A DNA stretch of 63,413 bases, counting the filler, from Phoronis australis (lineage: Eukaryota; Animalia; Phoronida), in the NCBI GenBank assembly GCA_002633005.1. It is 6 parts of 6 records of this genome, joined end to end, with 100 filler letters (N's around TTAATTAATTAA, not from the genome) between each part and the next. Parts side by side here need not be neighbours in the genome. Positions count along the whole stretch, not along the records: positions 1 to 3,310 come from NMRA01003094.1; positions 3,411 to 34,751 come from NMRA01000279.1; 4 more parts are not named here. One strand, written 5' to 3'. Below the pieces are notes generated by a model. It worked only from the letters and a program-made list of their open reading frames with translations, searched no databases and was not told where the DNA came from. Both the position numbers and the translations under genes were made by a program. Shown one piece after another: positions 1-13,500 of this stretch. Positions within the stretch are counted from its first letter, which is position 1; the number at the start of each line of letters is the position of its first letter.

Positions 1-477
1 TTTGGTCCATCAACAGTACCTTTCAGAGGATCTTAATCACCTCACTTAATTTCAAATTTATTTTCTACCCAGATTACATGAAATGAAAGTACGTTTGCGA
101 GTTACCCCATGTAAGTTCTCGTATGTGAACAACACAGTGTGTGAGCATAGTTTATTACAAAATTACCAAAAGGATGACAAAGCTGAAGGTGTACACAAAA
201 GAATCAAAGCAGGTACGTATGTAACCTACAGGTTGGCAAACACGACCGCGCGTTCTGTGTTTGTTCAACAAAATGAGTGGTACTTTTGTGTCTTGTGATT
301 TCTGTCCATTTCTTATGAACAAGGCATGTACCGATTGACATTCAGGCTAGGTACTGTGACCACGATGTATGGTACAGGTATAGTCTTAAGAGCTACAAGT
401 CACACCAACGGATTGGTGCGCACATATAGAAAATGTCCAACAGGGCTCTAGCAACTGTCAAGGGCTATAGTTAATAC

Positions 478-3246
478 CTGAGAAAGACATGTATCTTATC
501 TTGTCTTGTAGTTCAAACCACGTGCTCGCGTCGATAAAATGGCGGTCACTTGTGAATGACTCCTCAATCTTGTCACCTGACAGTGTCCATGCGCCTACAA
601 CGTGACACGAAGGTCAATGGAAAGTCAGCAGCAGTCATTCTAACATATTTATGTTCAAAGAAGGCGATATTTTAAGATAAATGCTAAAGTGCCTGTGCAC
701 ATGTCACCTACCAGATTTCTCGTGTGTTTGTTTGTCATATAGACATGAATATCTACTTAGGAAGCTACAGTTCAAACATATCGCTTGGCTTATAACAATA
801 TTTTTGCGCCTTGAAGGACACCGAAAAATTTAAAATTGATGTGATTTTTCCGAAGGTCCATAACAAATGTCAAAAAATAAATAAACTATATACAAGATGA
901 ACTTTACCTCCGTTTCTTAAAGACATATTTAAATTGGTTAAAGAAGCAAAAATATGTTTTAAACAATTCCTGAGGAAAATACCATGTCGCAAGGACTAAT
1001 ACAGAGAAATCCACTTTCCCTGTGACTGCCAATATTTCCAAAACAATCACAAAGCTCACGGTTTTTGAAATACTCGTGAGGGAAATACTCTGTTGTTACC
1101 ACAGAATTTCTAATCTCTCCCCGCGCTTATGATAAATGCACGCATGCGCTTACAATCAGTGCTTTGCCGTGGGGAAGAAAAATCGACAAAGTGTTAAACA
1201 GGTGACAGATCTTTTTTGAAATTTGAAACTAAAAGAAATGCTTTGATATGAACAGACATTAAATTAGCACTGCGCGAGGTATGTGGTATGACGTTGTATC
1301 TCCTAGCGTGCGCGGTGTAAAAAAGACTAGTTTCCGATTTTGGGAACTGAACAAAGGACTGCTCGAATGAAAAGATTGATAACGGGAGTATTTGTTCGAG
1401 TTTGAAGGGATGTGAGACATTGACGGTCCCCTAACATGTCCTCCGTGCGCAACAGGTAGCCTACTTTGATGTTTTAATCAGGGTGATGCATAATTCGCCG
1501 AAAAGCTCCCGCCGTATGGACCTTCACAGTTTCTACAGGCTAGCTAGAGACGGTAGTCAGCGTCTAATATATCATGCGCTAATGTTACAAAAGAAGGAAG
1601 GCGGAGTCGTCGGACACACATATCGAGTGTTTCTGGCAGTCTGCTTTCCGTAACAGTAATTCTGTTGGATTGGGTTTGGATTTGCAAACCAAAATATAAC
1701 TCCAAAACGCAACCGGGTAAATTATGAGCTCGCCCGGTAAACATTGTTTAGTGATCGGAGGGTAGACATGAGGATTTCAAATGAATGACGAAAAAGCAAA
1801 CAGCTTTGGATAGTCTGACGCGGCAATGCGTCTCTTAAAGGTATTGCATATTGCAATACCCACAGGAAGTGGTGGCATGTATACGGGAGAAATGGAAATG
1901 TTACGCGTGATGTTAAATAACATTGACCGCTACACGAGGTTTTTTCGACCTCCTGTTTGGCTACCTCAGAATTCATTTGGCGACCTGAGATTTTCTCTAA
2001 GTCACATTTGGCGAGTTTATGTCAAGATACTAGTGTCGAGCACTGTGCGGGGTTTCAGTGTTTGAAAAATTATATTTGGGTGCCAATATCACCCACGATA
2101 TCATATATTCATCAAATCCTGGCGATCATGCAAACGCGTTTTGTGCGTGAAAATGAAGTTGAAGTTTTCGCTTTTGGAATCGAGTCCATTTTAACTGTTC
2201 AATTCACAAAAAACGTCCTGCTAACAAACGTCCGCTTTTTCAACTACATGTAAATAATACGATTCTATCATCACACCCAAAAGCGGTGTTGATTGCCTGC
2301 ATAGACTTGCATTGCCGATAATTTTGAGTTTATGTTAAAGCAAGTGAAAAGATGCTATTCGAAATAACCTTTAATATCGGAAATATATGTATGTAATTAA
2401 TCTTTGAAATTTCTTGGACGTCCTATCTGCATTCTCTAAAAATGACTCCAACCACCTACCCTGACGAATCTGTCAGAGTTCCGTAGACGCACTGACCTGA
2501 GCACCTACTTCGCTTGTAATGCATGGCGATATATCGCAGACGTGCGTGATTTTGAAATTCCCGACGTTCTCGAATCCACGGAACGCACATCTAATCTCAC
2601 CTTGTTTCCTTTCCACATTACAGTGTGTGTCATTTCTAGGCTTGGAAAGAATTTGTAGTTCGCTAGTGTTTGGAGGGGTTTCTAAGTCACGTGCAGTAAG
2701 TTACCAGCCGGGTCAAAGCAACTTATTGAGCCTGGCATGCTTTGTGAAAACCCGAAAACCTGGTAAATACGCAAAATTTCTCGAGGTGTCGCCATGCATT
2801 ACAAGCAAAATACGTAATCACACTTGCTTCAATCGCGAGAATCTTGCGTCTACCTGCCTACCTGGTCAAGATTGATATTTTTTTTGCAGCAGGTGGTTCT
2901 GTAGCAGCTTCAGTGGTAAAAGCTTTCTCAAACAAGGTGATCTGGGTCTGAGACCGACAAGCTTTTCTAAAGAATTGACTCGTACGATGGCGCCAATATT
3001 GCCCGCTTTAAAAAAATGTACAATTCCATAGGCAATTTTGGTTGGTCTTAGTTTATCCTAGGAATTCGTATGAATGGTAACATACGATTGATTAGAATTC
3101 AATAGCTTCAACATACCTTCAAGGTAACAGAGAACTGGTTTGAAGTGTTTTCTGTAGTCTCGTTTGCTGTAGTCCTGATCCTTCCACGCTTTGAACCACT
3201 CCTTCATTTCCGCAATTTGATCTTTCACCGTAGGTTGTTTTTTTAC
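478..3246 (-). CDS. Two internal exons (3246-3117, 594-478) of a conserved uncharacterised invertebrate protein; partial gene
   Basis: Both exons have AG/GT ends and join in frame (130 nt phase 0-1, 117 nt phase 1-1): VKKQPTVKDQIAEMKEWFKAWKDQDYSKRDYRKHFKPVLCYLEG|AWTLSGDKIEESFTSDRHFIDASTWFELQDKIRYMSFSG. I recall these motifs from a family of unnamed mollusc/cnidarian proteins (not verified by search). The gene runs off the left edge and into the 3311-3410 gap. Confidence 0.8.
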
Positions 3247-3310
3247 CTGGGCAAATGAGCACTGTATAAGCGCACGAGGGCTATGTCCTTACTTGGTAAA
3301 GTATGGATAC

Positions 3311-3410
3311 NNNNNNNNNNNNNNNNNNNNNNNNNNNNNNNNNNNNNNNNNNNNTTAATTAATTAANNNNNNNNNNNNNNNNNNNNNNNNNNNNNNNNNN
3401 NNNNNNNNNN
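3311..3410. other. Artificial 100-nt scaffold gap with TTAATTAATTAA six-frame stop spacer (also 34752-34851, 36982-37081, 56775-56874, 60884-60983)
   Basis: Identical N44-TTAATTAATTAA-N44 layout five times; plain N gaps at 24707-25520 and 47637-47913. Confidence 0.97.
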
Positions 3411-6400
3411 TAAGTGGTGGATGTAGTCGTGACGTTGGAATTTGCGTTGGCGGTTGGTTGGCCACAATCTTTTACTGGAAATTATGAGAAGAGAAAAAGG
3501 CACATTAACATGTAAGTTCACACGACTCCTTTACAAATGTACTCACGTTCTGATATTGGTCGAATTTCATTACAACTCTCTCGTTATTAATATAGATCAT
3601 GATGAAGCAACTGGTAGAGCGTAATTATGATAGTTTAAGTCATTGGAGGCCAACACGCCCATGGCACTTAGTGTCACAATAGTGTATGAAAAATCTTAAG
3701 CATTGATGTTCATGAAGTCTGTCGATAACTTTAAGGCTCTCGTTGGCACAGGAAAAGAGGTATTATAAATATAACAAAAGTTAGGCACAATACAACATTT
3801 CAGGAGGAAGGAAGAAAAGAAATATAAAAAATGAGAGACCGCCATTTTTTGACTTACCCAGAAATGGGCCTGGTCAGTACATTGTTTCCGTTGTTTGTGT
3901 TCGATAACCACTTCCTTCTGAGAGATCAATCAGTTGTAAGGCAGAAGTCGTCATCGAGAACAACGAGATGTCTAAAGCAATTATTCAACAATGCTGCGCC
4001 GGAAAACTATCAATTGGAAGCAGTGTCTCAAGACGAAATATCGGTCATTGAGATCCCATGTTTCGACTGCCAGTTTTTCTTAAGGACTGTTATGTAATAT
4101 TTTAGGTTTGCACGAAACCAAAAGCAAATACAAAATAGTACGTACTTGTGCATGACAAAGCAGTTCCAGTCCAAGCTCCGTCAGACCCACATAGGCGTGT
4201 AGTGTTACCACCTGTCGATTCATAGCCGTCGTCACAGGAATAAGTAGCTGTTCCTTGGTAAGTTGTGGATGTAGTCGTGACGTTGGAATTTGCGTTGGCG
4301 GTTGGTTGGCCACAATCTTTTACTGGAAATTATGAAAAGAGAAAGAGGCACATTAACATGTAAGTTCACACGTCTCCTTTACATATGTACTCTCTTATAT
4401 TGGTCGAATTTCATTACAACTCTTTCGTTATTAATGTAGATAATGATGAAGCAAATGGTAGAGCTTAATTATGATGCTTTAAGTCAGTGGAGGCCAACAC
4501 GCACATGGCAGTTAGTGTCACAATAGTGTATGAAAAATCTTATGCATTGATGTTGATGAAGACTGTCGATAAGTTTAAGTCTCTCGTTGGCACAGGAAAA
4601 GATATATTATAAATATAACAAAAGTTATGTACAATACAACATTTGAGCAGTAAGCAAAAAAAAGAAATATAAAAAATGAGAGACTGACATTGTTTGATTT
4701 AGCCAGAAATGGGCCTGGTCAATACTTTGTTTCCGTTGTTTGTGCTCGATAATCACTTCTTTCTGAGAGATCATTCAGTTGTAAGGCAGAAGTCGTCATC
4801 GAGAACAACGAGATGTCTAAAGCAATTATTCAACAATGCTGCGGCGAAAAAATCTATCAATTGCAAGCAGTGTCTAAAGAAAAAATATCGGTCATTGAGA
4901 TCCCCCATTTCTACTGCCAGTTTTTCTTAAGGACTGTTTTGTAATATTTTAGGTTTGCACGAAACCAAAAGCAAATACAAAATAGTACGTACTTGTGCAT
5001 GACAAAGCAGTTCCAGTCCAAGCTCCGTCAGAGCCACATAGGCGTGTAGTGTTACCACCTGTCGATTCATAGCCGTCGTCACAGGAATAAGTAGCTGTTC
5101 CTTGGTAAGTTGTGGATGTAGTCGTGACGTTGGAATTTGCGTTGGCGGTTGGTTGGCCACAATCTTTTACTGGAAATTATGGAAAGAGAAAGAGGCATAT
5201 TAATATGTAAGTTCACACGTCTCCTTTACATATGTACTGTCTTATATTGGTCGAATTTCATTACAACTCTTTCGTTATTAATGTAGATAATGATGAAGCA
5301 AATGGTAGAGCTTAATTATCATGCTTTAAGTCAGTGGAGGCCAACACGCACATGGCAGTTAGTGTCACAATAGTGTATGCAAAATCTTATGCATTGATGT
5401 TGATGAAGACTGTCGATAAGTTTAAGTCTCTCGTTGGCACAGGAAAAAAGATATTATAAATATAACAAAAGTTATGTACAATACAACATTTAAGGAGTAA
5501 GCCAAAAAAAAAGAAATATAAAAAATGAGAGACTGACATTGTTTGATTTAGCCAGAAGTGGGCCTGGTCAATACTTTGTTTCCGTTGTGTGTGCTCGATA
5601 ATCACTACTTTCTGAGAGATCATTCAGTTGCAAGGCAGAAGTCATCATCGAGAACAACGAGATGTCTAAAGCAATTATTCAACAATGCTGCGGTGGAAAA
5701 ATCTATCAATTGCAAGCAGTGTCTAAAGAAAAAATATCGGTCATTGAGATCCCCCGTTTCGACTGCCAGTTTTTCTTAAGGACTGTTATGTAATATTTTA
5801 GGTTTGCACGAAACCAAAAGCAAATACAAAATAGTACGTACTTGTGCATGACAAAGCAGTTCCAGTCCAAGCTCCGTCAGAGCCACATAGGCGTGTAGTG
5901 TTACCACCTGTCGATTCATAGCCGTCGTCACAGGAATAAGTAGCTGTTCCTTGGTAAGTTGTGGATGTAGTCGTGACGTTGGAATTTGCGTTGGCGGTTG
6001 GTTGGCCACAATCTTTTACTGGAAATTATGGAAAGAGAAAGAGGCATATTAATATGTAAGTTCACACGTCTCCTTTACATATGTACTGTCTTATATTGGT
6101 CGAATTTCATTACAACTCTTTCGTTATTAATGTAGATAATGATGAAGCAAATGGTAGAGCTTAATTATCATGCTTTAAGTCAGTGGAGGCCAACACGCAC
6201 ATGGCAGTTAGTGTCACAATAGTGTATGCAAAATCTTATGCATTGATGTTGATGAAGACTGTCGATAAGTTTAAGTCTCTCGTTGGCACAGGAAAAAAGA
6301 TATTATAAATATAACAAAAGTTATGTACAATACAACATTTAAGGAGTAAGCCAAAAAAAAAGAAATATAAAAAATGAGAGACTGACATTGTTTGATTTAG

Positions 6401-7590
6401 CCAGAAGTGGGCCTGGTCAATACTTTGTTTCCGTTGTGTGTGCTCGATAATCACTACTTTCTGAGAGATCATTCAGTTGCAAGGCAGAAGTCATCATCGA
6501 GAACAACGAGATGTCTAAAGCAATTATTCAACAATGCTGCGGTGGAAAAATCTATCAATTGCAAGCAGTGTCTAAAGAAAAAATATCGGTCATTGAGATC
6601 CCCCGTTTCTACTGCCAGTTTTTCTTAAGGACTGTTATGTAATATTTTAGGTTTGCACGAAACCAAAAGCAAATACAAAATAGTACGTACTTTTGCATGA
6701 CAAAGCAGTTCCAGTCCAAGCTCCGTCAGAGCCACATAGGCGTGTAGTGTTACCACCTGTCGATTCATAGCCGTCGTCACAGGAATAAGTAGCTGTTCCT
6801 TGGTAAGTGGTGGATGTAGTCGTGACGTTGGAATTTGCGTTGGCGGTTGGTTGGCCACAATCTTTTTCTGGAAATTATGAAAAGAGAAAGAGGCACCATA
6901 ACATGTAAGTTCACACGTCTCCTTTACAAATGTACTCGCTTTCTTATATTGGTTGAATTTCATAACAACTCTCTCGTTATTAATATAGATCATGATAAAG
7001 CAACTGGTAGAGCTTAATTATGATGGTTTAAGTCATTGGAGGCCAACACGCACATGGCAGTTATTGTCACATTAGAGTATGCAAAATCTTAAGCATTGAT
7101 GATCATGAATACTTTCGATAACTTTAAGGCTCTCGTTGGCACAGGAAAAGAGATATTATAAATATAACAAAAGTTAGGCACAATACAACATTTCAGGAGA
7201 AAGAAAGAAAAGAAATATAAAAAATGAGAGGCTGCCATTGATTGATTTACCCAGAAATGTGCCTGGTCAATACCTTGTTTCCGTTGTTTGTGCTCGATAA
7301 TCACTTGCTTTCGACAGATCAATCAGTTGTGAGGCAGAAGTCGTCATCGAGAACAACGAGATGTCAAAAGCAATTATTCAACAATGCTCCGGCGGAAAAA
7401 TCTATCAATTGCAAGCAGTGTCTCAAGAAGACATATCGGTCATTGAAATCCCCCGTTTCGACTGCCAGTTTTTTAAGGACTCTTATGTAATATTTTAGGT
7501 TTGCACGAAACCAAAAGCAAATATAAAATAGTGCACATGAGAGTTAGTGTCACAATGGAGTATGCAATATCTTAAGCATTGATGTTCAGC
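3411..7590. repeat. Tandem array of ~848-bp units (about 5 visible), each one Sushi exon plus intron
   Basis: Exon starts recur at 3474, 4322, 5169, 6018 and 6867 (spacing 848, 847, 849, 849). Inner units are almost identical; the array is truncated on the left by an assembly gap. Confidence 0.97.
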
Positions 7591-10500
7591 AATAAATCAA
7601 TTTTCTTCCAAACCGAGATTGACCACTTACTGATCATTAAGAAATTGATCTCAAAGTGCTTCACATTATATCGAATGTAACGATTTTGAACGAGAATGTT
7701 TGTGTAAAAGTACTCAACTACGTACAATGAACGATAGTGTTACTAATGATAAAGATATTGGAAGGTTCAAATGCGTGGCCAACTAGGGTTGCAGTGTTGT
7801 CGAGTACGTGTTATGTAACGTTACAGAGTTGTGGTTGAAAAAGTTGAATCATACCACCTACCGTTAGATTTTCTGTCAATACTAGTGTTGCTCGGGAACA
7901 GCTGACGGTTTCTCTGAACAATGACACGCGTCTACCACAGTTAAGAGGGAAAGATTGTAATAAGAATGATTTGGTAGGATTGCTCAACTCAAAATTAACA
8001 CCGGAATTTGTTGGTGAAGTTCAGAATTATTTGAAAGAGGACAGAATCACGGAAACAGTCAGTGTTTTGCGTGACGCAATCAGAAATTGTGGGAAAAGTG
8101 TCGTAATGGTTGAAACCCAACACAGCAGACCTCAAAAATGTCGAGTGGTTTGACGAAGACTGCAAAAACTGAAGCAGAAAACTAAACCATACCTGAGATT
8201 TTTTTCGGATGGATAACAGCGGTACTTTTTTATAATTTTATAAGGATAAACACAAAGATTTCAAATCGATGTATGCTCGGGAGAAGATAATGTTTTCCGA
8301 ACATTTAACTATAGATCTTGTTTTGCTTTCAAATAACAGCAATCAAAAGAAGTTTTGGCTTAGATTAAACAACTCGTAATAGACCTTCGGAAGCAATTAC
8401 GGCTAGTGATTGGTTCGAAACTTTTAAGGCTGTCTACCAACAACCTTGGAGAAAATGATGACCATTTTAATGAGTTTCATGAATATGTTTCTGACTCTGT
8501 ACGAAGATGATCTATATCTGGATGGCAGTAATTCTAGTTTGAACGGTGAAATCAGGATGAAAGTAACAGACCGTTGTCTCAATCAAATGAAATGCGGGAA
8601 AGCTGCTGGTCCCGACGGGATACCTGGTGAGCTATACAAGTATGGAACGTATTGTTACGTCTGTTAGCTCCCGTGTTTAATTCTGGTGTCCACCCCAGCC
8701 AGTGGTGAAAGGGTGTGATAACAGCATTGTTTAAAAATGGGTCAAAGAATGATCCAAATAACTATCCTGGTATTACACTTCTTGACGTGTAATTGCTTGA
8801 ACGAATGGGAAGAAGAAAATGAAATCAAGTACAATTCCGAAAACGCTATTCAAACGTAGACAACATCTTTCTTTTGCATACCCTAATCAATAAATACATG
8901 TGCTTCTAGTTCATCAGAGGCTGCTTTTAATGCCTTTTCATTAATTTTAAAAAGGCATTTGACGGGACATGGAAATGTGGTATTAAATATAAATTAATCG
9001 GTCACAATTTATCTGGTAAAATTTATAAAAAAGTGTGTGGAATGTATCGTAAGGTGAAGACGTTTGGCGAAATCACGGACTATTGTGATTGTTTGTGGGG
9101 AGTAAAATATGACTGTCATCTTTCATCCTTTTTACTCTCGATATATTTGAATGATCTTGAACACGAAGTGAACACGAATAATGATGCCGGTGTTTCATTA
9201 GCTACGTTGAAGTTATACTGCTTGCTATTTGCAAATTATCTGGTTGTATTCTTTAAGACAGCCATTGATTTGCAATGACTGATTAAGAAAGTTGATGTGC
9301 ATTGTAAAAATGGAAACTAGTCATTATCGTTTCAAAAACCAGAATCGTGGTATTCAGAAAAGGAGGATACTTGCGTAATTATAAAAAAAGATTCATTAAT
9401 GGAGAATAAATCATTGTCGAGGCTAAATAATATCTCTGTACTTTTTTACTACTACAGGATTCGGGACAAACATTTAGCCAAATTTAGATGATAAGGTTGG
9501 AAAAGTCTTGTTTTTTGTTGGAAAAGCCTATGCCACAATTCGAAAGTGTCCCAATGAATGTTTGGTTACAATTGCTTGATACTAAAACATGCCCTACTGT
9601 TTTGTATAGACTGTAAGTGTGGGGCGTTCACAATGGCCCCAATGTCGAGATTCTTTAAAATAAATTTTGTAAACTCTTGTTAGGTATCGGATGCAATTGC
9701 TTCCGTTCAGCAGCCAGGAGATAAGCTAGGGAGGTCTACCATGGTGCCAAAGAGGATTATTAGGATTATTAAATATTGGTTGAAGTAGCTGAAATTGCCT
9801 CAAAATAGCTATACCTACTCATCTTATAATGTGCAGCATGGCTTTGCAGAAGTAACTCGTGAAAGCTGGGATCTTAGCGTTAAAAAACTACCTTTCAGGG
9901 TTGAGTTTGGTATTGTTTGGGTCAGTCAAGCAGCTGGTAACAAAGAGTTATTTGTACACGAATTTAAACAAATGTGTACAGACATAAACGAACACCAATG
10001 TTTGAACGAAATATTATCTCTTAGATAGTTAGATTCTTACGAACTGCTTAAAATAGATTCATTCTAAAGGAACATGCAAAATGTCTAGACAAAAATATTT
10101 ATTCACAATTCTTGCACGTTTTAGATGTTCAAATCATAAACTAAATATCGAAACTGGAAGAAACCTAGAGATCAGCGTTTCTGTTCTGTTTGTTCTGACA
10201 CTGTTGAGGATGAAAAACGCGTCTTATTTTAGTGTCCAGTATATGAAGATCTTAAGAGAAAGTTTGATACTAGTCGTGATAATCATAACTTGGATGGTGA
10301 TCCTTCATTTATTTGATGAATTCTTGCTTGAACTTAGCTCGTTCCGTTCGCCAAGTTTTATTTTGGTTGATTTAATAGTCTGCATTATGTCAACAACTTT
10401 GTTAATTACATGCTTGTATTTGCTGCTGTCCTACTAGAGACCTAAGTACTGAGAAATATGACTTAAAATTCTAGTTTTAGGTGAATTCTGGATTTCAAAA

Positions 10501-13500
10501 GTAGTGGAACTTCGCATGCTTATTGAGCGAGACCTAGGTTTGTCTTAATTATCCTACACACATGAATTTCGGCAAGTATGTTGCTCTGCCATCAAGTTTG
10601 TTACTTGGCGAAAATTTTCGGCCAAGTATGTTACTCTTACATTAATTTCTGTTTGTTTTTTGTTTGGTCGCACGCTACATGTTGCAATCAATTTTTGTCC
10701 GATGATCGCGAAATGTACACGCAGCCTGTAGTTCCGGAAAAGCTAAAAGCCTATTCTTTTTCGTCATGATCGGGATCAATAAAACGGACGTGGCGGCCAT
10801 TTGGTTTTCGAATTCAGATTTTTCATATACACGGCTGAAAATTGGCACAATTAGCGTAAAAGGTGTGCCGGAAGTCGTTCACTTCCGGTCAAAGATGGCG
10901 GAGATATCGGTAATTGGGCTCTTGAAAATGCGCCTTTAGTTTGAGAGAATGGGCTACGTCGTAAACATAGATCTTATGTTGATATTCTGAACAGGTCGAG
11001 CGCTGACCAGGGACACATAGAACCCGGAGTGAAAGTTAACCGTTGTCTCCCTGGCGAAGTTGCTCGGCTTGCGTGTATGTGCAACATCCCGGTAATCCAT
11101 TGAATTACGCGCCCGCTGGAATTCAAATACTTGCAGCTAGAACATTCTCTACCGGGGAAAGTCACAACTACCACAGGGGGACACACAGATCCCGGGACTC
11201 ATGGAACACAGTCCGATAGACAGAGAATGAACACATAGAACCCGGGACACATCGGGATGACTCCGATTAAACCAAGGCCAAATCTATAAATTTTCAGCTG
11301 CAAGAGCAATTGAAATGAAGTCATGTTTATGTCCCTCTATTGGATTATAATAAAAATGCATACGTTTCACTATAACATTTGCCACTAGGAAGCGAACATA
11401 ATATTTAGCTTTCTTGAATCATACTGTAAAAAGTCTTCTCAGCCAGAACCATCTGTCCAAAGGGCACAAGTACTCCATTGAAAGTTTCATAACCTCAATG
11501 AGAAGTACATGTAAACAAATTACAGACTGCATGAACATTTGCTTCAGTTGTTGAGCCGTCAGCTGCTCAGTCCTAGTAACAGTCTATTTCATTGGATTTC
11601 GTTTCGAAAAAAACAAATTCAAGGGTTCCAACGAGTTGTGAAACTAGCTTGTTTAATTATAGTTAAAAAGTAAGTACTGTCAAATTTATTTGTAAATTCA
11701 TCAGATTATTTCGTGAGTCATTGATACAGTTGTTTTGAACATAGATTGAAGACGTTTTTGGTTTAATTCATTTACAAGGTTTTTGGTGTTTCAGTTATTT
11801 ATAATTTAAACCAACTCACTGTGGTCTCCTGTTATTCATTGTATCTGGACAGTTTAAAAGTCATGATCTAAGACTGTTGTAAGCTAAATGTATATTGTAA
11901 TATGGTAATAAAGTAAATTGACATAGTTAGTACTCTGGATAAGTCTTGTCATTTGATGCAAAACCATCTGTATGGTATTATTCGTTCACAATAGGGCCTT
12001 TGAAGTTTGTTTAAAACATGCAACTGTCCACAACTGATTTACTGTGCCAGTCATGTTTAAGGAAATTGGAGTGTATACACAAGTGATTTTCCTTGATGTG
12101 CCTATGTAGCAATTCTGACTTGTTTGACCGGGAACTTGAATTTTTAAATAACCTCTTGATTCAAAATGTATACCCTAAAAGGTTTGTTAAATCCTGCACT
12201 GACAGATTTTTACGTAACCAATCCAGGACACCTGCGGATGCTTGTCATGGGTCTGAATAGAAGAAAGTATTTCTCAATCTCCCCTATTTAGGTAAGAATA
12301 GTTGTGTAGTCGAGAGACAGGTAAAGATAATGCTTGGTGTTATTTTTTCCATGTTTGCAGCTCGTAACAATCTTCAAACCTGTAAACAGACTTTTGTCGT
12401 TGTCGAGACTAAAAACACCATTGAGTAATTCTCAAAGAAGAGAAGTCATGTTGTGTACCAACTCAACTGCAGTGACTGTGAACAGTTTTACATTGGAATG
12501 ACAAATATAGTTCTTAGCATCAGAGTTAAAGAACACTGTAAAGACACACACAGTGCTGTTCTCAATTGTTCTTTGACAACTGGTCACACTATAGATTGCT
12601 CTGGTGTTCAGATCCTAGACAAGGAGAATGCCACCACCAGGCTCCTCATAAAGTAGAGTATGCATATACGGTTGTATCACGCAGAGCGTTATCTCAAAAA
12701 AACAACATTGGTTCATTTGAGCTCCAACTGTTTCGATTTCTGGTCTCTCCCCGTCATAATGCATTTTGACGAGTACCTGCAGAGTCTCTTTTTACCCGTG
12801 TCGCCTGTTGTGAGTCTGTGAACTGCATCCTTGAGAATGTTTTAGGGTATTAAAACGAAACGTTGGATAAATATGTAGTTATTTACTTACGCGATAAGTT
12901 TAAAGTTCGTGCTTGATGTGCCCAATAACACCAAGCAATTTTCAGTATATAATTGTATATATCGTTAGGAAAATAATATTCGGCCATGCTTTTGCGGTTT
13001 TAGACCTCCGCAGAAAGTTGTTGTAATTTCGACAACAAAGGAGCATCACAAGTCGCAATTGGTTCGATATTTTTCGAAATTAGAAACGGTAGTGGAAGGG
13101 AAATGAATGCTTTTTGCTGAAACTATAACAAAGCTCGATACTGCCCATTTGGCTTTGAAACCATTGTACTATCATGAACCATTTAATGGGCTTTCTTTGG
13201 ACTCCAAAAAGAATAGTAATAAAAGTAACGAATAAGACAATTTCTATTTCAATCTGAAATAGAAGCATAACTATGGATCAATGTAAAAACACATCAATGG
13301 CCTTCAGCTTATCGGACTGGCACCGTCGTGATAAGTCGAGACCTGGTTTTTTAAAAATATTTAAGAAAAACTTTCGATGAATGTCAATTTTTTGTTCTTT
13401 CGGACCATTGCAACCATCTCGCTTTTACTATTTAACGTTAGCAAAAGGAATAATGTAACTTACTTGTACACACCAACGGAGACCCACTCCATGTTCCATC

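Noticed and set aside
3293-3310. Extra exon ending at a GTAAGG donor
   Set aside because: Would need a 46-nt intron and its translation does not fit the expected upstream sequence.
3355-3366. TTAATTAATTAA islands inside N runs as a biological motif
   Set aside because: Identical placement in five 100-nt gaps; it is a six-frame stop linker added during scaffolding.
3411-7590. CRISPR-like array, or repeated small genes such as MANQPPTQ... and MGLVNTLF...
   Set aside because: Whole units are repeated with no unique spacers; the listed ORFs are wrong-frame or intronic readings of the Sushi exon array.
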